From positions 3,485-67,484 of the forward strand of contig JAAYVC010000037.1 of the NCBI GenBank assembly GCA_012517375.1: a DNA stretch of 64,000 nucleotides, in the 5' to 3' direction. Positions 28,079 through 37,699 of the stretch are shown here, piece by piece. Under the pieces are notes generated by a model. The model saw only the letters and a list, made by a program, of their open reading frames with translations. It was not told where the DNA came from and did not search any database. This DNA comes from a bacterium. Its GTDB lineage: Bacteria; Hydrothermota; Tepidihabitantia; B3-TA06. The first letter of the stretch is position 1; each line of letters opens with the position of its first letter. Position numbers and translations under genes: made by a program.

Positions 28079-30067
28079 ATGGTCAAGGCCCTTATCATAT
28101 CATTTCTTTTCGGGCAGGCGCCTCTGGCAGATACATCGACAACTGGAGCCGTAAGGCTGCCGGAGGTCGTCGTGACCGCGACGAGGCTCTCGCTGCCTGC
28201 CAATCTATCGCTATGGCCTGTTGAAGTCATAGAAACAGACGATGAACCCGATCTTGCGGCGGTGCTTGAGGAGAAGAGCCCTGCAACGGACGTACGCTCC
28301 TACGGTCTTACGGGCCAGCCGGCCTACTTCTTTCTCGCAGGAGTTACTTCGACGCGCGTGCTCGTTCTCTCGGACGGCGTTCCTATGAACTCGCGTACAA
28401 ACGGCGTCATCGATCTCGGCATGCTTCCTTTGTCCCCGGGTTCACGGATAGAAATCGTGCGCGGTCCGCTTTCAGCCTTATACGGTTCCACAGCGATAGG
28501 CGGCGTGGTGAACATAATTCCCTCCTACGAAAACGGTATCGCTGCAGGACTCGAACTCGATCAGCATCTGGGTCTTTCCGCCGCTGTTGCGACCTCGAAT
28601 CGGATCAAGAACACCGGTCTCAGGCTTGGTGGTTCCTACCTGACGTCTCCAGGTCTCAGAAGCAACGATTCTACAAAAAGATACAGCGCTCATGCGGGTA
28701 TTGAATTCAACCTCAAAAAAGGCTTCATGCTTGGCGGCGGTTTGGAGATAGTATCACGCGATATGGGCGTGCCCGGTCCTCTGCCCGATGTTTCATCCGG
28801 ACTTCCTAGGTTCGGAGACTCCACCTGCACCTCCCTGTACGACCGGGAACTCGACGATCTCTACTCCTTTAATATCAAAGCAGGCTGGAACCCTGTAGCT
28901 AACTTCTCCTCCTTGCTCAAGCTTTACGGACTTTCTCAGATAACCTTTTTCGACTGGAGATACCTTGACTACTCGATGAACGTCATCAGGGAGATTGACG
29001 ATTATCAAGACGCCAAGCTCGGAGCCGACCTGCTTGTATCGGGAAGACTCAACTGGCTCAATCTTGCAGGAGGGGTTAATCTCGAGCACGAGGCCGTAGG
29101 CGTCCTGACCCTTGCACAGGACAGCGCAACCGGCGATACTGTGTCACGTTCGGCGTGGAACGCCGAAGACCTCCACCTGGGCGCCTGGGCTGAAGGCATT
29201 GCGGAGCTGGGAATGTTTGCGCCGACAATTGCCGTAAGACTCGACTATTCGCCACAGTACAACCTGGCGCTTTCTCCTGAAGCCGGACTTGCTGTAACTA
29301 TCATACCTGAGCGCCTTAAACTCTCCGCCGCTTACGGAAGGGCATTCCGCGCGCCGTCTTTCAACGACCTCTACTGGCCTTATATGGGCGACTCCACTCT
29401 GGAACCCGAGCGAGGCCAGTCCGCATCGCTTTCCGCAGATGCACAACCCCTCGATTTTCTTAAACTTAATGTTTCCGGTTTCTGGAAGGATATAAAGGAT
29501 ATGATCTCGTGGTTGCCCGATTCGCAGGGCATCTGGAAGGCGACGAACGTGGACAGGGTTCAGATCTTTGGAACAGACGCAGATGTTAAACTTAGGATCG
29601 CAGACAGCGTAGTTAACGCATCACTCGGTGCGGCGTACAACTTCGCCGCGGAGACTCGCACCATTGTGGTCTATTCGGACTGGATATCGGGCGAGACCCG
29701 CGATTCCACAGTAACGCGGCAAGCTGCATTTATTCCGCCACTTGTGCTTAAGGCTAACCTGGCGCTTCGACTGTGGAAGGGCGGCAGGATAGCGGCCAAC
29801 GCCGCGTGGACCGCCGGACGCGTCAACTACTACTCCGACTACTCCGCCTCCCCGGTTGTCGGTGTACTCACAAAGCGCATAAATCCGTCGCTTAAACTCA
29901 ACGCATCCATCTCGCAGACGCTTTTCAAGATGCTTACGATAGAGGCTGGCGTGCGCAACATCACCGATGACCGCACGCCAGAGCAGTTCGGTACGGAATA
30001 TACCGACCTCAACTATCCCACGCCTTCACGAAACTTGTACGCCAAGCTGTCCATTCAATATCGATAA
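28079..30067 (+). CDS. btuB: TonB-dependent outer-membrane receptor (BtuB-like cobalamin/corrinoid receptor)
   Basis: Start taken at the ATG at 28079 (SD GGAGG 6 nt upstream; signal MVKALIISFLFGQAPLA). The track GTG at 28043 lies inside the riboswitch. TonB box/plug (VVVTATR; plug domain LSDGVPMNSRTNGVIDLGMLP). Long beta-barrel. Riboswitch context. Confidence 0.8.
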   Translation: MVKALIISFLFGQAPLADTSTTGAVRLPEVVVTATRLSLPANLSLWPVEVIETDDEPDLAAVLEEKSPATDVRSYGLTGQPAYFFLAGVTSTRVLVLSDGVPMNSRTNGVIDLGMLPLSPGSRIEIVRGPLSALYGSTAIGGVVNIIPSYENGIAAGLELDQHLGLSAAVATSNRIKNTGLRLGGSYLTSPGLRSNDSTKRYSAHAGIEFNLKKGFMLGGGLEIVSRDMGVPGPLPDVSSGLPRFGDSTCTSLYDRELDDLYSFNIKAGWNPVANFSSLLKLYGLSQITFFDWRYLDYSMNVIREIDDYQDAKLGADLLVSGRLNWLNLAGGVNLEHEAVGVLTLAQDSATGDTVSRSAWNAEDLHLGAWAEGIAELGMFAPTIAVRLDYSPQYNLALSPEAGLAVTIIPERLKLSAAYGRAFRAPSFNDLYWPYMGDSTLEPERGQSASLSADAQPLDFLKLNVSGFWKDIKDMISWLPDSQGIWKATNVDRVQIFGTDADVKLRIADSVVNASLGAAYNFAAETRTIVVYSDWISGETRDSTVTRQAAFIPPLVLKANLALRLWKGGRIAANAAWTAGRVNYYSDYSASPVVGVLTKRINPSLKLNASISQTLFKMLTIEAGVRNITDDRTPEQFGTEYTDLNYPTPSRNLYAKLSIQYR

Positions 30068-30075
30068 GATTTCCT

Positions 30076-30127
30076 GGGGACCCCGTTAACCCTCGGGGTC
30101 CCCACAAAGCTGCGGAGCAGCTTTGTG
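30076..30127 (+). terminator. Two consecutive perfect hairpins immediately after the btuB-like stop
   Basis: GGGGACCCCG-ttaaccct-CGGGGTCCCC (30076-30103) and CACAAAGCTGC-gga-GCAGCTTTGTG (30103-30127). No strong T-tract. Confidence 0.4.
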
Positions 30128-30129
30128 GG

Positions 30130-30203
30130 GTGACAAAAGCTGGTCAAAAGCTGGTCAAAAGTGGGACAAAAGCTGGTCAGAAGTTGGTCAAAACTTGGAC
30201 AAA
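30130..30203. repeat. 11-bp tandem repeat array, ~7 units, consensus TGGTCAAAAGC
   Basis: tgacaaaagc / tggtcaaaagc / tggtcaaaagt / gggacaaaagc / tggtcagaagt / tggtcaaaact / tggacaaa. Period 11 bp (one helical turn). Non-coding context. Confidence 0.7.
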
Positions 30204-30773
30204 TTTCACCCTCAAAAGAGTCAGGATTAATGGAAGAAGGCCAGATTTCGAGAAGTACGCAAGGAAAATCGAAAATGTCATTGCGAGGTTGTTTCGAGCA
30301 ACCGAAGCAATCGCCCAAATGGAATGCAATCCTTTCGGATGCTCTGCAACCTCAGGATAACATGTTGCATGTTACCCACCATCGCCAGAGGAGAGGGGTC
30401 GGAGAAAGAAAAATGTCTTTGGCTGAACTCGCGCTGTTAGCACTCCCGTTCGGCAGGCAACCAAGGTGACGGGATGAAGCTCCGAAGGGTGAGCGGAGGG
30501 AACCATCTCAAGGCAGTATCTGAAAACATGTGGAATCGACTCATGTGTTTTAAAATAGTGCTAGGAGATTGCCACGACTTCCTTTGGAAGTCTCGCAATG
30601 ACTATGGGGAGAACAAACGTAGGGGCCAGCTTTAACGCCTCTGGCGTTCGCTGCGCGTCAGGTGCTTCGCTCCTCCGCCTGTCATTCTGAGGAGCAACGT
30701 AGTTGCGACGTGAGAATCGCCTTTATGATCTGCCAACACCTTTGGTGTTCGGTGCTCAACGAGTCGACCCGCT

Positions 30774-31529
30774 TCATTCGTCAATAAAGTTCCCTTTAGC
30801 TCCGTATTTTTGGAGCCAAGCTAAGGCGGTTTGAATGAACCGAAGACTGAAATCTTTTTCCAACGCAAGATCAAGGGCGTTTATGTTATGAAAACAGGTG
30901 ACAATTGAGTTGCTTGCACTGAAAGTCATAGAAGTTAGTGTCATGAGCGCCAAATGCAATTTGTCTATATCCAAGAAAGGTTCAGAGTAGATAAGATTAT
31001 TCTTTTGGCCCACAAGCATTCTTAGAATTCCTTTCCATGTGGGGTGGGAGCCTAAAGTGGAAAAATGCCCGTATAAGATTCTTTCATCATCGGCGTTTCC
31101 TTTCGTAACCACATTTTCATACTCTTTCAAAAACTTTCGATTATCGCCTGCTGAAAATTCTTTTCCGTTTTTCCATCTTTGAATTGCTGACGTATCTAAG
31201 GCAAATCTTCTAATAAGCAAAGAACTTTCCTGGATGTCCCTTGTAATCATTAACGAAGCCTGGTAAAAGCCTGATATAATCAACCCAAAAGCGACCGAGA
31301 CATCATTATAAGTTCTTACGATTAATCCCAAAACAACGAGCTCGTCGTCCGTTTTGTGTTTCCGATCAATTCCAATCTTCCAAATCCATTCCACGGATTC
31401 ACTCAGAATCTTCAAGTGGTCTTGGCACTCATCATCCGCGCCAGTAGCCATAAGGATTTGCTCGCGCATCTTTTTCTCGGCTTCCAGCATGTTCGCAAGG
31501 TTTTCCGGCAAGGGCAGCACAATACTCAT
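30774..31529 (-). CDS. Hypothetical protein, paralog 1 of a tandem pair (unknown family)
   Basis: 251 aa. ~30% identity to the 31790-32566 product over full length (VVLGLIVRTYNDVSVAFGLIISGFYQ vs ITLLGLGTSLYNDCATAWLLMMQGFYQ; HPTWKGILRML vs HPTYRGIALML). Low GC. Confidence 0.55.
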   Translation of the reverse strand: MSIVLPLPENLANMLEAEKKMREQILMATGADDECQDHLKILSESVEWIWKIGIDRKHKTDDELVVLGLIVRTYNDVSVAFGLIISGFYQASLMITRDIQESSLLIRRFALDTSAIQRWKNGKEFSAGDNRKFLKEYENVVTKGNADDERILYGHFSTLGSHPTWKGILRMLVGQKNNLIYSEPFLDIDKLHLALMTLTSMTFSASNSIVTCFHNINALDLALEKDFSLRFIQTALAWLQKYGAKGNFIDE

Positions 31530-31532
31530 TTC

Positions 31533-31591
31533 TTCCTCCTCTTTTACGGTTCAGTTATAGTATAATTTAGGTTGCGGATGTCAATCCCCCC
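31533..31591 (-). promoter_or_regulatory. Promoter/5'UTR cassette (copy 1): TTGACA-16-TACTAT plus AGGAGG SD, identical to the cassette at 32572-32630
   Basis: 59 bp identical between the two copies. On the minus strand reads GGGGGGATTGACATCCGCAACCTAAATTATACTATAACTGAACCGTAAAAGAGGAGGAA then ATG. Confidence 0.5.
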
Positions 31592-31659
31592 TCCCCCCTC
31601 TCGCAGGAAGGACCTTCATCCAGTCAGCGTGAGATGGCTCCCTTCGTTCGCCCTGCGGA

Positions 31660-31750
31660 CTCACGTCCTTCCGGTCATACGACCGTCAGTCCTCAGAATG
31701 ACTAAGCAAGCCCCCTCCCTCTCCCTTTCTCCCTCCCCCGGAGGGGGAGG
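31660..31750. repeat. Dispersed ~90-bp intergenic repeat (copy A) with internal CTCCCTCCCCCGG/AGGGGGAGG hairpin
   Basis: Near-identical to 33997-34088 (ctcacgtccttccggtcatacgaccgtcagtcctcagaatgactaagcaagccccctccctctccctttctccctccccc..). A related, rearranged fragment lies at 30612-30718. Confidence 0.7.
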
Positions 31751-31789
31751 ATAGCCAACGTAGGGGCCAACCTTCAGGTCGGCCCGCTT

Positions 31790-32566
31790 TTACAAATCGT
31801 GCCCTTCATTTCTTAAAGCTCCAAATGATGGAAAATCCCTGTAGAGTTTCAACCATTTTGAAAGCCAAGAATTGAATTTTGAATAAGCGATGCCAAAGTC
31901 TTCATTGGCGTTTTTTAGGTTTTCTTCCCCGTATGCCTTAACCAGTTGTTTTGTCGCATACGATGAAATCCGGGCCAGCCAAGTTAAACCATTTTGCAGA
32001 GGTATTTGCTCGACATAAGGACCTAGATGTAAGTTTCCGTGAGGATCACCTAACATCAACGCGATTCCGCGATAAGTGGGGTGTACGTTCATATCACACA
32101 GAAGTGCATGGGTGGCTTCGATAGGATGTTCCTTTATTCTTAAGCGGTCTTTGACTTTTCTTAACGCATCGGAAAGTAGCCCCCTCCTAGTTGAATAGAT
32201 TGCTTTTTTCCAAGCTTGGATCGCAGAACGTTCCATTGAAAAAAACTCAAAAAGAATTGAGCATTCAAGCATATGCCGCTGAGGCATGAAAGACATTTGA
32301 TAAAATCCTTGCATCATTAGAAGCCATGCGGTTGCACAATCGTTGTACAAGCTAGTTCCTAGGCCTAAGAGAGTAATATCGTCTTCGTTGTTATGTTTGT
32401 GGATTGTTGATATAGCTTTTATTAAGAGCATTGAATTTTCGATTGAACTGAAATGATCACCAAATTCTTTAATGTGAGAGTATATCATTTCACGGGAACT
32501 TTGCACTAATGGTACTCCGTTGGTCAATACCCTTTCTAGGATATCGGGAATAGCTGGTTTAAGCAT
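31790..32566 (-). CDS. Hypothetical protein, paralog 2 of the tandem pair
   Basis: 258 aa. Paralogous to 30774-31529. Preceded by the identical promoter cassette. Confidence 0.55.
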   Translation of the reverse strand: MLKPAIPDILERVLTNGVPLVQSSREMIYSHIKEFGDHFSSIENSMLLIKAISTIHKHNNEDDITLLGLGTSLYNDCATAWLLMMQGFYQMSFMPQRHMLECSILFEFFSMERSAIQAWKKAIYSTRRGLLSDALRKVKDRLRIKEHPIEATHALLCDMNVHPTYRGIALMLGDPHGNLHLGPYVEQIPLQNGLTWLARISSYATKQLVKAYGEENLKNANEDFGIAYSKFNSWLSKWLKLYRDFPSFGALRNEGHDL

Positions 32567-32571
32567 GAATT

Positions 32572-32630
32572 TTCCTCCTCTTTTACGGTTCAGTTATAGT
32601 ATAATTTAGGTTGCGGATGTCAATCCCCCC
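32572..32630 (-). promoter_or_regulatory. Promoter/5'UTR cassette (copy 2), identical to 31533-31591
   Basis: 59/59 identity with copy 1. Same -35/-10/SD arrangement. Confidence 0.5.
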
Positions 32631-32805
32631 TTATCAAGGAGGACGCCTGAAGGGCGAGGGGTATTACGGGTCCCCCTTATACTGCGCTCCCTCGATTCCT
32701 CCCACCAGGAGAGGGAGAATTCAATTTCCTCTCAGGAGATAGTCATTGCAGTGACGCATAGATGGGGTCCTCACAGAAATACTCGATATCTTTACGGGGA
32801 TGAAA

Positions 32806-33810
32806 CTACCACCAGACGGAGAAATACGAGCAGCGGTCGCAGGGCGGGGAAAGGCCCACCTTGCGGGCAGCCAGGTGCCTTTCTCTATAGAACTTCATTT
32901 TTTTGCCGTGCCAGATCGCGTAAAGGCTTTCGCTGCCTTGCACGCCCACGCTGCCCTCAGCATCGTAATCAAGACAACACACGGGAACGGTGCCGTCCCA
33001 GTAGACGCTGAGCTGCGTAAAAGGGTAGATACACGGCGGCCACGCGCCCTCTCGTCCGCGATGAGGGGTGTAAACCACGGGGTCAAGACTTACGCTTTTA
33101 AGCCAGTCCTGCGGCTGGCGAACCAGGATTGAATCGGCAACCCGAGCCCACTCTCTTCGGAGAGCGGGTATCTGGGATGAGTTGGATCCCAGGAGCACCA
33201 TCTCGATTTGAATCCTTGGCCTTCCGCCTCGTCTTGCAAACGCCAATGTTCGCACATTCTCCACGACCGAATCAAAGTCAAGTCCCGTGCGGATACGGTT
33301 GTAAACCTCGGTGCTCGCGCCGTCCAACGAGATGTTTACCTCGTCCAGGCCGGCTTCGATAAGCCCCAGCGCCCGCGAACGGTCGAGGAGAGAAGCGTTC
33401 GTAACGATAGAGGTTTTTACCCCCTTGGAATGAGCGTAGGAAACCTTCTGCTCCAGCCCTTTGTCGAGGAGCGACTCGCCGAACCCCGAAAGATAGAGCT
33501 TTTGGACCCCGTGCTCGGCGCATTCATCCGCGATATCGGCGAAGCGGGACCATGACATTATTCCTTTTGTGCGACTCATTGTGGAGGAGGGGCACATGAT
33601 GCATCTGGAATTGCAGTATGCGGATGATTCAACGGCCACCGTTTCGGGAAATTCCTCGTGCGCGGAGATGATCCGTTTTATTCGGCGGCGGTAAAAGTAA
33701 TTGTAGAAGGAATTTCCGTTAAGCGATTTCGTCTTCAGTAATTTGTAAAAGAGCTCACGAGAAACCGCAGACATCTTGACGCGTTCCCTCAACTGGTCGA
33801 TAAAATCCAT
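32806..33810 (-). CDS. Radical SAM protein with C-terminal SPASM/twitch-like Cys-rich domain
   Basis: 334 aa. CxxxCxxC (AYCNSRCIMCPS). C-terminal cysteines (WPPCIYP..VPVCCLDYD..PPCDRCSYF). Own TTGACA-17-GATAAT promoter upstream. Confidence 0.75.
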   Translation of the reverse strand: MDFIDQLRERVKMSAVSRELFYKLLKTKSLNGNSFYNYFYRRRIKRIISAHEEFPETVAVESSAYCNSRCIMCPSSTMSRTKGIMSWSRFADIADECAEHGVQKLYLSGFGESLLDKGLEQKVSYAHSKGVKTSIVTNASLLDRSRALGLIEAGLDEVNISLDGASTEVYNRIRTGLDFDSVVENVRTLAFARRGGRPRIQIEMVLLGSNSSQIPALRREWARVADSILVRQPQDWLKSVSLDPVVYTPHRGREGAWPPCIYPFTQLSVYWDGTVPVCCLDYDAEGSVGVQGSESLYAIWHGKKMKFYRERHLAARKVGLSPPCDRCSYFSVWW

Positions 33811-33996
33811 ATCTGGTTCCGCCTTTTTTCAAGCACTTGTTTCTATTATCCATGCGGAGCGGTGGATTGTCAATACCTTTACCTGAAAAATTCGCAGGCC
33901 GACTTTATCCGGGGAACCCCTCCCCCCTTATAGAAAGGGGGGGCCGAAAAAAGTCCCACTTATTATTAAGGGGGATTTCCCATCCTTCATGAGATT

Positions 33997-34088
33997 CTCA
34001 CGTCCTTCCGGTCATACGACCGTCAGTCCTCAGAATGACTAAGCAAGCCCCCTCCCTCTCCCTTTCTCCCTCCCCCGGGGGGAGGGGA
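33997..34088. repeat. Dispersed ~90-bp intergenic repeat (copy B)
   Basis: Matches 31660-31750 almost base-for-base, including the CCCTCCC..GGGGGAGGGG hairpin. Confidence 0.7.
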
Positions 34089-34129
34089 GAAGAATTATTG
34101 AACTAGTTATTGCTGTGACGAAAAGCGGG

Positions 34130-34160
34130 CCCCGTAAAAATACTCCGTGTTTTTACGGGG
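34130..34160 (-). terminator. Hairpin CCCCGTAAAAA-tactccgtg-TTTTTACGGGG overlapping the fusA stop codon
   Basis: 11-bp stem. Followed on the minus strand by CCCGCTTTTCG. Confidence 0.45.
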
Positions 34161-36219
34161 TTAGTATCAGGTACTGGAAGAGTTTTCTGCGCTCCTCCTC
34201 GGGCAGGAGGCTGTAGTGCGAGAAGTGCATGGCGAAGGAGGCGCGGCCCTGGCTTACGGAGCGCAGCGCGGTCGCGTAGCCGAAGCTCTGCGAAAGGGGC
34301 AGAAACGCTTTAACAAGCTTCTGCTCCTTAATGTTCTCTAAAAGCTCAATCTTGCCGCGGCGCGAGCCCAGGTCGGAGATGACGTCGCCCAGATACTCCT
34401 CGGGCGTTATTATCTCGAGGTCCATTATCGGCTCGAGAAGCGCGGGCGACGCCTGCTCGTACGCCTCCCGGAACGCCTGCGATGTCGCGGCCTTGAATGC
34501 GATGTCGGACGCTTCCTCCTCCCTGAACTCGACCTCGGTGACTGTAGCGCGCACGTTCGCGACAGGAAAGCCGAGAAGCTGTCCTGCAGAGAAGGATTCT
34601 GAAAGCGTCGTCTCAATCGCCTGCAGGAACTCGCGCGGAATCTCATCCTTCAGCTTGACCCTCGCGTCCTTTCCACCCTCGTGAGGCTCCACCCTCACCG
34701 TGACTGCGGCATAGTGGCTCTTTGTACCAATGACCTTCGCGAATGTAGCCTTGCGCTCCACCTTCTCCGTTACGGTCTCCCTGTACGATACCTGCGGCTT
34801 GCCCACGCGCACGGGGACCCGGAACTCCTTCTGAATCCGGTCAACGATAATCTCCAGATGAAGCTCGCCCATTCCCGAAACGAGCGTCTGTCCGGTCTCG
34901 GGGTCTATTCGGACGCCGAATGTAGGGTCCTCGAGCTGCATTATCTCTAGCGCGCGGCCGAGCTTTGCCTCGTCCGCTTTCGTGTGCGGTTCAACTGCCT
35001 GGTGGATGACGGGCTCCGGAAAGCGCATTGCCTCGTACACTATTGGGTGCTTCTGGTCAGAAAGCGTTGAGCCTGTGGTTATGTGCCGCAGACCGGACAA
35101 AAGACCTATCTCGCCTGCCTCGAGCTTCGCAACCTCCTCGAAGTGATTGGAGTGGGGGAGAAAGAGCTTTTGCACCCTCGAGCGCTTGCCTCCCGGAAAA
35201 CCGAGTACGGTCTCGCCCTGCTTTACGGTTCCGGAGTAAAGACGAGTGAATGCAAGAGGACCCATATGCTGGTCGTATGCGAGCTTGAACACGAGCGCGG
35301 ATAATGGCTCGTCGGGCAGGGGTTTGAATTTAATCTTTCGCTCCTCGCGCTCAGGATCAGAACCCTCGAGCGCTGCAACGTCCAGCGGCGATGGCAGGTA
35401 ATGGATGACCGCATCCAGGAGCGGCTGAACGCCCTTGTTCTTGAGCGCCGAGCCGCACAAGACGGGCACAATCTTTCCTTCAAGCGTGAGCGAGCGCAGC
35501 GCTGCTCTGAGTGGTCCCGGCTCGCTCTTGCGACCGGCCATGTAATCTTCTAGAATCTCATCCTCCACCTCTGATGCGACGTTCACGAGCCTCTCGCGCC
35601 AGTGCTTTGCAACGGCGACGTGCTCGGCCGGCATCTCTTCCACGATGAACTCCGAACCCTGGGCCTCGTCCCTCCACCTGATAGCCTTCCACTCCACCAG
35701 GTCTATGACGCCCTTGAAGCCCTGCTCCGAGCCGAGCGGTATCTGCACCGGGACGGGGAGCTGGCTGAAGCGAGCCTCCATCATGTCAATGACCCGCTCG
35801 AAGTCGGCGCCCGTGCGGTCCATCTTGTTCACGAATGCGATCCTCGGGATATGGTAGCGGTCCGCCTGATGCCACACGGTTTCAGACTGAGGCTCAACGC
35901 CTCCTACAGCGCAGAAGACGACTACTGCTCCGTCCAGCACCTTGAGCGAGCGCTCAACCTCTATCGTGAAGTCCACATGACCCGGCGTATCGATTACATT
36001 TATCCTTATGTCCTTCCAGTAAACAACTGTCGCAGCTGAAGTTATAGTAATGCCCCTCTCGCGTTCCTGCTGCATCCAGTCCATTGTAGCGGCGCCGTCG
36101 TCGACCTCTCCCATGCGGTGTATCCTCTTAGCGTAAAAAAGAATCCTCTCCGTAGTGGTGGTTTTTCCCGCATCTATATGTGCGGCTATACCTATGTTGC
36201 GAAGCTTCGACAGATCCAT
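34153..36219 (-). CDS. fusA: Elongation factor G (EF-G paralog, not in an str-operon context)
   Basis: 688 aa. G-domain [30 protein letters not shown]. Full five-domain EF-G length. Start codon 7 bp after the stop of the upstream REC-DUF4388 gene, with no SD. Confidence 0.9.
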   Translation of the reverse strand: MDLSKLRNIGIAAHIDAGKTTTTERILFYAKRIHRMGEVDDGAATMDWMQQERERGITITSAATVVYWKDIRINVIDTPGHVDFTIEVERSLKVLDGAVVVFCAVGGVEPQSETVWHQADRYHIPRIAFVNKMDRTGADFERVIDMMEARFSQLPVPVQIPLGSEQGFKGVIDLVEWKAIRWRDEAQGSEFIVEEMPAEHVAVAKHWRERLVNVASEVEDEILEDYMAGRKSEPGPLRAALRSLTLEGKIVPVLCGSALKNKGVQPLLDAVIHYLPSPLDVAALEGSDPEREERKIKFKPLPDEPLSALVFKLAYDQHMGPLAFTRLYSGTVKQGETVLGFPGGKRSRVQKLFLPHSNHFEEVAKLEAGEIGLLSGLRHITTGSTLSDQKHPIVYEAMRFPEPVIHQAVEPHTKADEAKLGRALEIMQLEDPTFGVRIDPETGQTLVSGMGELHLEIIVDRIQKEFRVPVRVGKPQVSYRETVTEKVERKATFAKVIGTKSHYAAVTVRVEPHEGGKDARVKLKDEIPREFLQAIETTLSESFSAGQLLGFPVANVRATVTEVEFREEEASDIAFKAATSQAFREAYEQASPALLEPIMDLEIITPEEYLGDVISDLGSRRGKIELLENIKEQKLVKAFLPLSQSFGYATALRSVSQGRASFAMHFSHYSLLPEEERRKLFQYLILTP

Positions 36220-36226
36220 TGTAAGG

Positions 36227-37699
36227 TTAACGGGCGATTTCCTTGGCTAAATCCTTAAGGATTCCTGCGGATTTGATGCGATCCGAAGGCAGGCAGGTCA
36301 TTGTGCGGGTGCCGCGGAATTCGTTGCCCAGCTCTATTTCGGGTTTTGTCGGATCGGTGTTAATTATTACGGCAGGTCCTGAGACGCGCTCCCTCAAGAG
36401 AGCGAGGGCGAACTTGAGATTGGACACCTCCTCCTCGACTGCGGAGTTGGCAAGAAGGATCATCCCCTGGACTTTAGCCACGAATGTCTGCCACAGGGGA
36501 GCAAAGCGCTTGGCTCCTGGCAGGCCGTACATGTTGAACTGGTAAGGGCCTATAATCACCTTCCCGAAGTTCAGTACCTTGTCCTCCGGCCTTTCGGCCT
36601 CTTCCTCGCCCGAAATGGTATGAATGAAGATGTTGCGGGAATCGCGGTCGGTTCCTATCACGACGAGGTTGAATACGTGTGTAACGGGCTGCGGCTTCGT
36701 GTCGAACGACTCTTCTTCCTCTTCCTTCGCCTCGGTCTTCTCATGCGCCGCCTTGCCTGCAAGCTCGACCGCGCCCGATGCGATCATCGATTTCAGCGCC
36801 TCAAGCGTATCGAAATCCGATAAGGGACTCTCAAGAAGCATCTCTCTTACGCTAATCTTTCCGTCCGCCAGTTCGCAAACGACTCGCTCTCCGTCTGTAG
36901 ACGGCTCGCTTCCGGGCTTGAGCGCGGGAACAGCATCGATATCGAGCTCCTGCTTTATCCGCTCCGCCTCGTCAAGCTCCCTTAAGGACTCGAATATCGC
37001 TTCGTCGGTCTGGTTCTCAATGGACGGGATAACGGAAAGGCTCTCCGTAAGCTTGACCTTGAAGGTTCCGTCCGACCATGAAAGGAGCGTAGGAAGCGCC
37101 GCTAGGCCGTGCTTGTTCCTGTAGTTGGCGGCTATCAGCCTCCCGGCCGCGAGATAGAGCGCTCCCTGTTCGCCCGACGATTCAAGGCTCACCTCGCCGG
37201 TCTTCTGGCCGAAGGAAAGCATCTGCAGGAGATCGATGACTCCCAGATCCTCAATCCTTCCAGATGTCGCAACTTCGGACTCCTCTTCGCGCTTGAACGT
37301 CTCGCGGTAGCGGGAATAGCGGTCGAGCAGTATCTCGATTCGCGCAAGAAGCTCGCGGAACTCGAACGGCTTCGTGAGATAGTCATCGGCGCCCAATCTT
37401 AAACCTTTAACCTTGTCCTGAGTATCGGCGAGCGCGGAAAGAAAGATGAAGGGGATGTTGTGCAGGTTTTCGGATGCCCTTATCTTTCCGCACAGGGCGT
37501 AGCCGTCCATGCCCGGCATCATTATATCGGCGATGACTATGTCCGGCGGGTTCGCAATCGCCTTCTCGAGCGCGACGTTCGCACTCGAAGCCACGGTCAC
37601 GTCAAAACTCTGTTCTGAGAGCCTTATCTCCAGAAGATTCAAGAGATGCGGGTCGTCGTCTACGACGAGGACCTTGTGCTGAGGCGGCTTGGCGTTCAC
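36227..37699 (-). CDS. Response regulator receiver + DUF4388 (PATAN-like) domain protein with C-terminal P-loop-less nucleotide-binding-like domain
   Basis: 490 aa. REC ([25 protein letters not shown]). DUF4388 signature ([42 protein letters not shown]). Confidence 0.75.
   Translation of the reverse strand: MNAKPPQHKVLVVDDDPHLLNLLEIRLSEQSFDVTVASSANVALEKAIANPPDIVIADIMMPGMDGYALCGKIRASENLHNIPFIFLSALADTQDKVKGLRLGADDYLTKPFEFRELLARIEILLDRYSRYRETFKREEESEVATSGRIEDLGVIDLLQMLSFGQKTGEVSLESSGEQGALYLAAGRLIAANYRNKHGLAALPTLLSWSDGTFKVKLTESLSVIPSIENQTDEAIFESLRELDEAERIKQELDIDAVPALKPGSEPSTDGERVVCELADGKISVREMLLESPLSDFDTLEALKSMIASGAVELAGKAAHEKTEAKEEEEESFDTKPQPVTHVFNLVVIGTDRDSRNIFIHTISGEEEAERPEDKVLNFGKVIIGPYQFNMYGLPGAKRFAPLWQTFVAKVQGMILLANSAVEEEVSNLKFALALLRERVSGPAVIINTDPTKPEIELGNEFRGTRTMTCLPSDRIKSAGILKDLAKEIAR

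Noticed and set aside
30130-30360. 76-aa ORF encoding KAGQKLVK repeats
   Set aside because: The periodic peptide is a by-product of translating the 11-bp tandem DNA repeat (33-nt super-period). There is no SD and it lies in an otherwise non-coding hairpin-rich spacer.
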